Of a DNA stretch of 53,512 nucleotides, positions 8,416 to 15,934 are shown piece by piece. The DNA comes from a virus (Duplodnaviria > Caudoviricetes), in IMG/VR virus record IMGVR_UViG_3300020156_000445, positions 1 through 53,512 of that record; one strand, 5' to 3'. Below the pieces are notes generated by a model. That model worked only from the letters and a program-made list of their open reading frames with translations. It was not told the DNA's origin and made no database searches. The position numbers and the translations under genes were made by a program. Each line of letters begins with the position of its first letter. Positions within the stretch are counted from its first letter, which is position 1.

Positions 8416-9213
8416 ATGTTCATCTCGTCATCCACAGCATTGGACATGTTTTCCAAACACGCGCCGCGTCCCTGGTGCAAAAAGCTGTTGGCGCACATGA
8501 TTTATCAAGAAGAAATTAATGTTTATTTCTCATCTGGTGTGATTGCGGTTCGCGCACGAGCAATTTACGAAGAGGATGTTCAAGAATATTCCGAAGTTAA
8601 TATTCAGCATCGCTATCAACCTGAGGCTTTAGACAAGAAAGTTAATGACGATGGAAGCATTACATTGCCTGCAAGCGCAACCTTGATCGGCACTTTTGAT
8701 GCCGTTGTTGATGAATGGAATGATGTATTCAAGAAAGCACCCGGCTGGCTATTTGCTTCCGATGTGCGCATAGATTGGGAGGGAGGAACTCTTTCTTCTG
8801 ATTTCATTCAGGTGTTTGATGAAGAGCTTTCGCAGTACGACAATAATAACGATGGAGAGGCTAAATATTGCCTCAAGGGGATGTTGTTTTCTCTTGACCA
8901 GATCGAGATGTATGCAATGGAATCAGCTTCTAGCGCTGACGTAGTGCACAAGCGGCAGCCGTCGCCTGCGCCAGTGGGGCGTCCTAAGATACATAATTGG
9001 GAGGGAGCGCTCATACATCTAGTTGCTTTGGCTGATGTGCATGGATTGCCTGATACTCAAGGCGCGAATGCTGCCATTTCTCGACATTTACTCCAGTGGT
9101 TTAGTGATGAGAACCTACCTGAGCCGACGCCATCGGATGGCAAGCGTTATGCCCGGCGCGTGCAACAGGCGATTCAGAAAGTGAAGCAGGCTGGGATGGC
9201 CGATAATAGCTGA
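8416..9213 (+). CDS. Low-GC hypothetical protein with possible C-terminal DNA-binding helix bundle
   Basis: 265-aa ORF, AT-richer than flanks; GRPKIHNW..WF..P C-terminal segment; lies between int and xis. Confidence 0.7.
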   Translation: MFISSSTALDMFSKHAPRPWCKKLLAHMIYQEEINVYFSSGVIAVRARAIYEEDVQEYSEVNIQHRYQPEALDKKVNDDGSITLPASATLIGTFDAVVDEWNDVFKKAPGWLFASDVRIDWEGGTLSSDFIQVFDEELSQYDNNNDGEAKYCLKGMLFSLDQIEMYAMESASSADVVHKRQPSPAPVGRPKIHNWEGALIHLVALADVHGLPDTQGANAAISRHLLQWFSDENLPEPTPSDGKRYARRVQQAIQKVKQAGMADNS

Positions 9214-9259
9214 AAATAGCCGGAAACAGATTATCGGCCATTTCCGGCCATTTCCGGCC
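9197..9259. promoter_or_regulatory. Inverted and tandem repeat cluster upstream of excisionase (putative operator)
   Basis: TGGCCGATAAT...ATTATCGGCCA inverted repeat plus CGGCCATTTC x2.5. Confidence 0.5.
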
Positions 9260-9337
9260 GACTGCCTCGTTCGTTCGTGTCTAGCTTTCCCCGTAAGCCG
9301 CTGATTGGCAGCGGCCGTAGCCATACGGGGAACGCTG

Positions 9338-9508
9338 ATGGACAAGGTTTGTGTCTCGGTTGAAGACGCGCGGAAGGCGCTGAGCATCGGGCGCACCTCG
9401 ATCTACGAGCTGATCAACGCCGGCCGGCTGAAGACCGTGAAGATCGGCCGCCGGACGCTGATCACGACGGCCAGCATTCGGGCGATCACCGGCGAAGGGG
9501 GGGCCTAA
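9338..9508 (+). CDS. Excisionase-like HTH_17 protein
   Basis: SVEDARKALSIGRTSIYELINAGRLKTVKIGRRTLI. Confidence 0.9.
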   Translation: MDKVCVSVEDARKALSIGRTSIYELINAGRLKTVKIGRRTLITTASIRAITGEGGA

Positions 9509-9511
9509 ACC

Positions 9512-9898
9512 ATGGCCCCCCGTCGCTCCACCAAGGCCGCCAAGCCCACCATCACCAAGCTGAACGAGCACGCCATCGGCCGAGCCGAGTGGATGCTCCT
9601 GCCGATCGCCATCGCCATCGGTCCGGAGAACGAGAGGACGCCTGCCGGCATGATGGCGGAGTGCCAGGGCCACTTCGCCGTGCACGCCACCTTCTACGGC
9701 GCCGACGAACTGGTGCTCACCCACCTGCCCAGCGGGCTGGTGGTGCGCCGGCATCAGCGGGCGCAGCCCCTCAAGGATCTGGCCGAAGCGATCGAGCCGC
9801 TGCACGACTGGTCGTCATCGGAGTACGACGTCGCGCCCGCCGTGACGAAGGCGATACACGCCTTTGACAAGGCGCAGCTCAACCGCGCGGCCGCGTGA
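9512..9898 (+). CDS. Phage hypothetical protein
   Basis: In operon, GC3-biased codons; LTHLPSG motif. Confidence 0.7.
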   Translation: MAPRRSTKAAKPTITKLNEHAIGRAEWMLLPIAIAIGPENERTPAGMMAECQGHFAVHATFYGADELVLTHLPSGLVVRRHQRAQPLKDLAEAIEPLHDWSSSEYDVAPAVTKAIHAFDKAQLNRAAA

Positions 9899-9905
9899 GG
9901 TCGCC

Positions 9906-10571
9906 ATGTCCACCATCACCAACCTCGGCGGCGAGCGCCTGCGCCGGAAGGTGGCCGCTCTGCCGCGGCGCAGTCCCGCCGACTACGCCACCGGCATCGC
10001 GCAGGATCTCAACCGTCTCGTCCAGGATGGCGGCGGCGATGGCGACCAGTTGGCCGCGTTGGCGGAGCGCGCGCTGCGGCTGGCGGCCCTTCTACGGGGG
10101 CAGCTGGACGCCGAACACGAACCAGCGAGCGCCAACGCCGGCCTGACGACCGAGCGCGAGCCACTTTCAGCCGCTGAGGCACTGGCCGCCGCTGAGGTGC
10201 ATGCGGCCGCGTTCTGGCGGTGCCGGGCGACGGGCGTCGACTGCCGGCGGGTGCAGCACCCGGCGCTGGCCGTGGTGGCGGTGAACGACCCCGCGCCGGG
10301 GCAGTCAACCTGTCAGTTCCAGATGTACGCCAACCCGGATCTCGCTGACGCGGCGTCGTTCTGCATCATCGAGGCGCCCCACGGCGTCGGCGCGGCGTAC
10401 CTGCTCGATACAGCGCTCCACCTGGGCGAGAAGTCGTGGGTCGATCGCGCCGCGCTTCTGGAGGCGGTGGACATGATCGCGTGGGAGCGCGGCGACAGGA
10501 CCTGGGCCGGCGCTCATGGCATGGGGCCTTTTGCCCGCCTCGGCGCGCCGGTCGTGCATCGGAGGTCGTAG
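9906..10571 (+). CDS. Phage hypothetical protein
   Basis: GAGG RBS, tightly coupled in operon. Confidence 0.65.
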   Translation: MSTITNLGGERLRRKVAALPRRSPADYATGIAQDLNRLVQDGGGDGDQLAALAERALRLAALLRGQLDAEHEPASANAGLTTEREPLSAAEALAAAEVHAAAFWRCRATGVDCRRVQHPALAVVAVNDPAPGQSTCQFQMYANPDLADAASFCIIEAPHGVGAAYLLDTALHLGEKSWVDRAALLEAVDMIAWERGDRTWAGAHGMGPFARLGAPVVHRRS

Positions 10572-10576
10572 CAGCC

Positions 10577-11464
10577 ATGGCGCGAATTCGCTCGATCAAG
10601 CCAGAGTTTTTCCGGCATCGCAGGTTGTACCTGCTGGAGCGCGAGGCGGGCCTGCCGGTGCGGGTGGCCTTCGCCGGCCTGTGGACGGTGGCCGATCGGG
10701 AAGGCCGGTTCCGGTGGGAACCGGATGAACTGAAACTCGACTGCCTCCCCTATGACGATGTCGACTTTTCACGCGTGCTCGACGCGTTGGCCACGCGTGG
10801 CTTTGTCGTGCGTTACGCGTCACACGGCCGCGAATACGGCGTCATTCCGGGTTTCGTGCGGCACCAGATCATCAACAACCGCGAAACCGCCTCCACGCTT
10901 CCGCCTCCTCCGGAAGATATTGAAAACGCAGAAGAATTGACGCGTGCCTCACGCGTCATTGACGCGTGCCCCACGCCTCTTGTGCAAGGCCAAGGGGAAG
11001 GGAGTGGGAAGGGAGGGGAAGGGAGGGGAAGGGAAAGGGAATCCCCCCTGACGGGGGGAGCAAACGCAGGCGGTCCTGGCACTGAATCCCCTTCGCTTAT
11101 TCCAGACGCTCCGGCCATGCCCAAGCCGATGCGGGGTGCCGAGGTCAAGTTGCTGGAGGACGCCCGCGTGATCTGGAACGACGTGTGCGCGCCTGCCGGG
11201 CTGGCCGCCGTCCAGAAGCTGAGCGACACCCGCAAGAGCCGCCTTAAATCGCGCCTGAAGGAAATGGGGAATAGTCTGGACAGCTGGCGCGCGTATTGCG
11301 AACGCATCACCCGGTCATCGAACCTGCGTGGGGAAAAAAGCCGCAACGGATGGAAGGCTGATTTCGACTACTGCATCCGCGAAGACATCGCCATTCGCAT
11401 CATTGAGGGCCAATTCGACGACAAATCGCCTGCCGCTGCCAAACCGGCGCGCGCGTTCACTTAG
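10577..11464 (+). CDS. Phage replication initiator protein
   Basis: MARIRSIKPEFF..GLWTVADREGR N-terminus, GKGGEG linker, C-terminal WKADFD..IIEGQFD; precedes helicase. Confidence 0.85.
   Translation: MARIRSIKPEFFRHRRLYLLEREAGLPVRVAFAGLWTVADREGRFRWEPDELKLDCLPYDDVDFSRVLDALATRGFVVRYASHGREYGVIPGFVRHQIINNRETASTLPPPPEDIENAEELTRASRVIDACPTPLVQGQGEGSGKGGEGRGRERESPLTGGANAGGPGTESPSLIPDAPAMPKPMRGAEVKLLEDARVIWNDVCAPAGLAAVQKLSDTRKSRLKSRLKEMGNSLDSWRAYCERITRSSNLRGEKSRNGWKADFDYCIREDIAIRIIEGQFDDKSPAAAKPARAFT
10771..10978. repeat. ACGCGT iteron-like array, putative phage origin
   Basis: ACGCGT at 10771, 10782, 10793, 10815 and 10940, 10951, 10962; 11-bp phasing inside the initiator gene. Confidence 0.65.
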
Positions 11465-11472
11465 GATCAACG

Positions 11473-12828
11473 ATGCAGCCCACCAACGATACATCGCTGA
11501 AGCTGTCGGTGACGCTCCCCGTCAACCCCGACATCGAAGACGCCCTCATAGGGTCGGTGCTGATGGCGCCGAAGCTCTGGCCGAAAGTCGCGCACGTGCG
11601 GCCGTCGGACTTCCACAGTCCGGCGCACGCTTCGGTGTGGGAGGTGATGGCCGAACTGGCGAGCGGAGGAAGCGCTCCCGACCTGATCACCGTCACGGCT
11701 CGAATCACGGCCGGGCTCGATCACGCATCGGACGAAGCCATGGCGTGGCGGAAGCACCTGCACGAGCTGACGCTCAGCGGCGGATACATCGCCCGGGAAG
11801 CCCAGAACTATGCCGCGATCGTCCGTGACTACTCCGAGCGCCGGCGGCTGATCTGGGCGATGCAGGATGGCATTCACGCGGCGGCCGACACCGCCGCTGC
11901 TGATACGGCGGCGCAGGTCGCCGGCGGCGTCATGGCGCGGATCACCGTCGACAGTCGCGTGTCCGACGACATCGAGGACGCCTACGACATCGCCGGCCGG
12001 GTGGTCGACGAACTGGACCGACCCATCGACGTGGTGAGCACCGGCATGCCCCGCCTGGACGCCGCGATGGGCGGCGGCATCCGCCGGGGGACGTTCATCG
12101 GCATCGGCGGCGACCAGAAGGCCGGCAAGTCCACCCTGCTCGGCTCCATCGCCTACAACCTGACCGTCGGCGCGGAAGAGCGCGGCGTAGAGGTCGAGCC
12201 GCTGGTCTACCTGTGCCTGGAGATGAAGCCGGAGACCCAGCTGCAGCGCCTCATGGGCCGCTACATGGGCATGAACTCGGAAGCCTTCACCGACCCGGTG
12301 ACGCGCGCCCAGCCGTGGTTCAAGCGCAAAGCCCAGGAGGCCCAGGAGGCGCTGCGCGGCAAGGGGCTGTTCTTCGCGGCCCGCCCCCGGATGACGCTGG
12401 ACGACCTGAAGGGGACCTTGGCGCGGATCGGGCTGTCGAAGAAGTTCCGGGGCGCGATGGTCGACTACGTGCAGTTGGTGGGCGGCAAGCGCAGCAAGAC
12501 ATCGATGGCCGAACACCTGGACGATGTGAACCAGACCATCGCCGAGACCTGCGTGAACACTGGGCTTTGGGTCATGGCCGCTGCCCAGCTCAACAGCGAG
12601 GGCAAGGTGCGCGGCGGCAGTGGCTTGAACGCAGCGTGCGACATCGCCTTTGCGATCCGGAAGCACCAGGAAGTCTATGGGCAGGACCACGAAGCCCACC
12701 TGGAGAACCTGGCTGCCCGCTACACGCGGCAGCTGAACGTCGGATCCGAGAACTGCGCGGCCTACCGGCTGCGGTCGGATCGAGGTCCCTTCTACGACGA
12801 ATTGGAACTGCCGCCGCGCATCGACTGA
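11473..12828 (+). CDS. DnaB-like replicative helicase
   Basis: EDALIGSVL N-domain, STGMPRLDAAMGGG, Walker A GDQKAGKS, LEM, VDYVQLV, AQLN. Confidence 0.9.
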   Translation: MQPTNDTSLKLSVTLPVNPDIEDALIGSVLMAPKLWPKVAHVRPSDFHSPAHASVWEVMAELASGGSAPDLITVTARITAGLDHASDEAMAWRKHLHELTLSGGYIAREAQNYAAIVRDYSERRRLIWAMQDGIHAAADTAAADTAAQVAGGVMARITVDSRVSDDIEDAYDIAGRVVDELDRPIDVVSTGMPRLDAAMGGGIRRGTFIGIGGDQKAGKSTLLGSIAYNLTVGAEERGVEVEPLVYLCLEMKPETQLQRLMGRYMGMNSEAFTDPVTRAQPWFKRKAQEAQEALRGKGLFFAARPRMTLDDLKGTLARIGLSKKFRGAMVDYVQLVGGKRSKTSMAEHLDDVNQTIAETCVNTGLWVMAAAQLNSEGKVRGGSGLNAACDIAFAIRKHQEVYGQDHEAHLENLAARYTRQLNVGSENCAAYRLRSDRGPFYDELELPPRID

Positions 12829-12896
12829 GCGCGCTCGGCGCGCCCTCGGCGATGCACCGCTGCCCTTGCCGGCCTTGTGGATTGAGAGAAGGCACG

Positions 12897-13682
12897 ATGA
12901 ACAACCGCGAACCGAAGTCGGTGGACCTGGAGGCGCTGGTGCGCTGGGCCATCATGGTCCAGCGTGCTGACCGCGACGACGTGGCGCTGCATGGCGTGGA
13001 ACTCGCCGCGCATCTCGCTTCGCGCTCACGGTGCGGGGCGGACGCGAGCGACCACCCCGCCGCATGGCCGGCAGACAGCCTGGTGCGACTGGGCGACATC
13101 GCCGCCGTCGGCGCCCGCATCGACGGAGGCAGGGCTGTGCGCGGCGTGGCCCCCCGTCTGCATCCGGACGCCGAATCGGTGGTGGCGGTGATCGACCGTA
13201 TGCGAGATGGCCGCCGCCGTGGCTTGGTGCTGCACTACGCGCGGATCGGCGAGCGCCCCGACTGGCTGTGCTGGGAGCAGCGCCTCGTCCCGCTGCCGGC
13301 GGAGAGCGGTGCCGGTCGCGGCGTCAAGCACAAGGTGGCTGGCGAGTGGCAACCGGCACCGGAGCGGTCGGAGATCGCACGCCGCTACGTCGCCCAGGGA
13401 CTGCCCATCGTCGATCGGCATGGCCGCAGCATCCTGGAGCGCGAGGAGCGCGGCTTCGCCTTCCGCCGCGATCCGGACGGTCGGCGTGAACAGCTGGTGC
13501 GGTGGTGCCCGGTGGTGGCGGAGCCGAGCATCGACGAGATCCGCATCGTGAACGACACCTACGCGCAGTGGCACGCCGGGATGATGTGGTTGCTGGGGGA
13601 ACTGGTCGGGGCGCCGCTGCGGGACCACCGCGTCACCGGCTTCCTGGCGCCGTCGCAGCCCTGGAACCAACCGAGGGCTTGA
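12897..13682 (+). CDS. Phage protein, candidate late-gene regulator/antiterminator
   Basis: Last early gene before TTGACA, a terminator and the morphogenesis genes; function inferred from position only. Confidence 0.6.
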   Translation: MNNREPKSVDLEALVRWAIMVQRADRDDVALHGVELAAHLASRSRCGADASDHPAAWPADSLVRLGDIAAVGARIDGGRAVRGVAPRLHPDAESVVAVIDRMRDGRRRGLVLHYARIGERPDWLCWEQRLVPLPAESGAGRGVKHKVAGEWQPAPERSEIARRYVAQGLPIVDRHGRSILEREERGFAFRRDPDGRREQLVRWCPVVAEPSIDEIRIVNDTYAQWHAGMMWLLGELVGAPLRDHRVTGFLAPSQPWNQPRA

Positions 13683-13684
13683 CA
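13679..13684 (+). promoter_or_regulatory. TTGACA -35 element, candidate late promoter
   Basis: Consensus hexamer overlapping the stop codon and followed by a terminator (pR'/tR'-like layout). Confidence 0.4.
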
Positions 13685-13734
13685 TTTCCCGAAAAGGGGT
13701 TGACGTTCGACCCAGCACGAATTGCGCGTTGACC

Positions 13735-13768
13735 AAGCCGCCCCGGAGAGGATCCGCAGGCGGCTTTG
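13735..13768 (+). terminator. Intrinsic terminator-like hairpin
   Basis: AAGCCGCC...GGCGGCTT followed by TG. Confidence 0.6.
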
Positions 13769-13903
13769 TCGTTCCGGGCCATCGCTTGGGCTGCGAGGTG
13801 TCGTTCGCATGCCACGGAATGGCCTCTTGCGCTTTTTGGTATTTCGGATTTAATCAGCACCGATGAGCATGCTGATACCTCGATCGATTTGGTAAGATGC
13901 GGA

Positions 13904-13931
13904 ACCCCCGCTGGCGGCCACCAGCGGGGGT
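13904..13931. terminator. GC hairpin downstream of the small peptide gene
   Basis: ACCCCCGCTGG-cggcca-CCAGCGGGGGT perfect 11-bp stem. Confidence 0.65.
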
Positions 13932-13943
13932 CCTGCTTTCCTA

Positions 13944-14030
13944 TTACCAACCTAGCAACACTCGCGTCAGATCGAGTATTGCCACGATGGCATTGAGGAC
14001 CGCAATCCAGAGCTCCGCATTGATGAGCAT
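13944..14030 (-). CDS. 28-aa hydrophobic peptide MLINAELWIAVLNAIVAILDLTRVLLGW (type I toxin-like or small membrane protein)
   Basis: AGGAG RBS 6 nt before ATG, TAA TAG double stop, hairpin immediately downstream; below ORF-track cutoff. Confidence 0.65.
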   Translation of the reverse strand: MLINAELWIAVLNAIVAILDLTRVLLGW

Positions 14031-14296
14031 GCCGATCTCCTGTTGCAGCATTTCCCACCGACAGCGGCGGGTTGGTCATCGAAGCATTCAATTCGTAACC
14101 GAATCATTAACCGCAGGCTCTGTGGCGGCCGGGAATGACTATCGTCGTTCATCAAATCGATAGTGTTACGTCGTTTCTCTCATCGTCCATTATGGCTGAT
14201 GTTTTGAATGCGGAAAGTATTGGTCTTTTGATATGCTTATATGTGGTTGAGTATTGGTGCCCCTCTGTACTGGGGCACGAACGACCATAGCTGAAT

Positions 14297-14326
14297 CCCG
14301 CCCGGAGCGATCCGAGGCGGGTTTTT
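14297..14326 (+). terminator. Intrinsic terminator
   Basis: CCCGCC...GGCGGG followed by TTTTT; loop resembles that of the 13735 hairpin. Confidence 0.7.
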
Positions 14327-14356
14327 CGTTCCTGGGGCAGTCTGGGGAACGTAGTC

Positions 14357-14491
14357 ATGGGCAAGCTCACCTGCCTCAAGCCCCGCGTCGCCACCCTTGA
14401 CCCGCACACCGGCACCGCGGTGGCGCCGCTATCGCCCGAGGAAGCCGAGCGGGACCGGAAGCGAAGTGGCCGATGCTCGCCATCAACATAA
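14357..14491 (+). pseudogene. Probable N-terminal remnant of a packaging-associated HNH endonuclease gene
   Basis: MGKLTCLKPRVATLD resembles the start of phage HNH proteins found upstream of terminases; only 44 aa, no HNH motif. Confidence 0.4.
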
Positions 14492-15129
14492 AGGCTGACC
14501 TGACCCCGCTGCTGCGGTCCCTCGACGACTTCGCCCGACAGCAGGCACCGTTCGCCACGGCCAAGGCGCTGACCGCCGTCGCCAGGAGGGTCCAGGAAGC
14601 TGAGGTCAAGGCCTTCAGCGACGTCTTCGACCGCCCGACGCTGTTCACCCAGCGCTCGGTCGGGGTGAAGGCCGCGCGCAAGACCAGCCTGACCGCCGTG
14701 GTGTTCGTGAAGGACATCGCCGCCCGATACCTGCTGCCCTTCGAGGATGGCGGGAAGCACTTCCTGCCCCCGAGCAAGCGCGGCGGCACGCTGTTCAACC
14801 CGAAGGCCGCGCCGGTCAACCAGTACGGCAACCTCGCCAAGGGCACGCTGCGGCGCCTCGCCGGCCGCCAGGACGTGTTCGTCGGCGCCGTGCGGACCAA
14901 GGGCGGCACCACCATCAACGGCGTCTGGCAGCGTCCGGCGGCCGATGGAGCGCGGGGGCGCGGCTTGAACCGGACGGGCAGCCTGAAGCTGCTGGTGCGC
15001 TTCGGCGACGCCCTGCCGGTCAAGCAGCGCCTCGGCTACCGCGAGCGGGCGAAGGCGGTGGTGCAGGCCAGCCTGCAGGCCGAGTTCGACGCCGCCATGG
15101 GCGAGGCGCTGCGGACGGCCCGCCGGTGA
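14473..15129 (+). CDS. Conserved phage morphogenesis protein (tail-completion/gpZ-like)
   Basis: QAPFATAKALT..FDRPTLFT motif typical of proteins preceding terminase in such prophages. Confidence 0.7.
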   Translation: MLAINIKADLTPLLRSLDDFARQQAPFATAKALTAVARRVQEAEVKAFSDVFDRPTLFTQRSVGVKAARKTSLTAVVFVKDIAARYLLPFEDGGKHFLPPSKRGGTLFNPKAAPVNQYGNLAKGTLRRLAGRQDVFVGAVRTKGGTTINGVWQRPAADGARGRGLNRTGSLKLLVRFGDALPVKQRLGYRERAKAVVQASLQAEFDAAMGEALRTARR

Positions 15130-15162
15130 CCCGGAGGGTGGGTGTCTCGCGCAACATTGTTG

Positions 15163-15195
15163 CGTGGGTCCTTCCTGAGGGGGGAAGGACCCACG
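15163..15195. promoter_or_regulatory. cosN-like inverted repeat
   Basis: CGTGGGTCCTTCC-7nt-GGAAGGACCCACG, 100 bp upstream of small terminase. Confidence 0.65.
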
Positions 15196-15241
15196 GGCAT
15201 TGCGCACCGCGGGTTCTCCCTCGCGCTGGGCAAAAAAAACG

Positions 15242-15358
15242 CGTTACACGCTCACGTTACACGCTCCCGCGCGGAGGCCAAGCGGAGCGAAATCAATGGC
15301 TTCATCGTCCAAGCGTGTAACGCCGCCGGGTCCGGACGTTACACGGCCGCGTTACACG
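15242..15358. repeat. CGTTACACG x5, cosB-like small-terminase binding sites
   Basis: Forward copies at 15242, 15255, 15337, 15350; inverted copy at 15314. Confidence 0.65.
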
Positions 15359-15934
15359 GTGGGCAAGGCGGAGCTGGCGAACGCGCTGGGGTGGACGCGG
15401 CCCAAGCTGGACCGCCGCCTCGACTCCGACCCGACCTTCCCCGTCGTCACACGCGGCACGCGGGCCGGCGGCTGGGAGTTCGACTTGGAGGCCGTGCGCG
15501 CCTACCTCGCGGGGGAGGCGCCGCCGGCGCCCGCCGCCAAGGCCGCCGCCGCGCGGCCGGCGCCAACGCCGCGGGCGGCGCGGGCGGAGCCGCCAGCACC
15601 GCCGCCGGAGGCCACGCCCGGGACGACGGCGAAACCCTCGGCGCCGGCCGCGCACGCCGGCGAGGGCACGGCCAAGCAGCGCAAGGACAACGCCCAGGCG
15701 GCCATGCTCGAGGACAAGCTGCGCCTGTCCCGGAAGGAACTGGTGGAGGCCGAGGAGATGCGCACCGTGCTCGCCACCATGCTGGCGCACCTGTCCAAGG
15801 GCGTCGACGGCATCCCGGTGCTGATGCTCAAGCGCCTGGGCCTGCCCGAGGACGCGCTGCCGGTGCTGCGCGAGATCGTCGACGACGTGCGGTCGCAGAT
15901 GGTCCTGGACCTGCGCAAGGTGCTGAACGGATGA
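15296..15934 (+). CDS. Terminase small subunit (Nu1-like)
   Basis: N-terminal wHTH VGKAELANALGW..GWEFDL, coiled coil ending ELVEAEE; overlaps TerL start. Confidence 0.85.
   Translation: MASSSKRVTPPGPDVTRPRYTVGKAELANALGWTRPKLDRRLDSDPTFPVVTRGTRAGGWEFDLEAVRAYLAGEAPPAPAAKAAAARPAPTPRAARAEPPAPPPEATPGTTAKPSAPAAHAGEGTAKQRKDNAQAAMLEDKLRLSRKELVEAEEMRTVLATMLAHLSKGVDGIPVLMLKRLGLPEDALPVLREIVDDVRSQMVLDLRKVLNG

Noticed and set aside
15142-15930. N-terminal extension of TerL (similar extensions on ORFs at 12213, 18387, 27295, 33472)
   Set aside because: ORF-caller artefacts overlapping real upstream genes; internal coupled starts fit better
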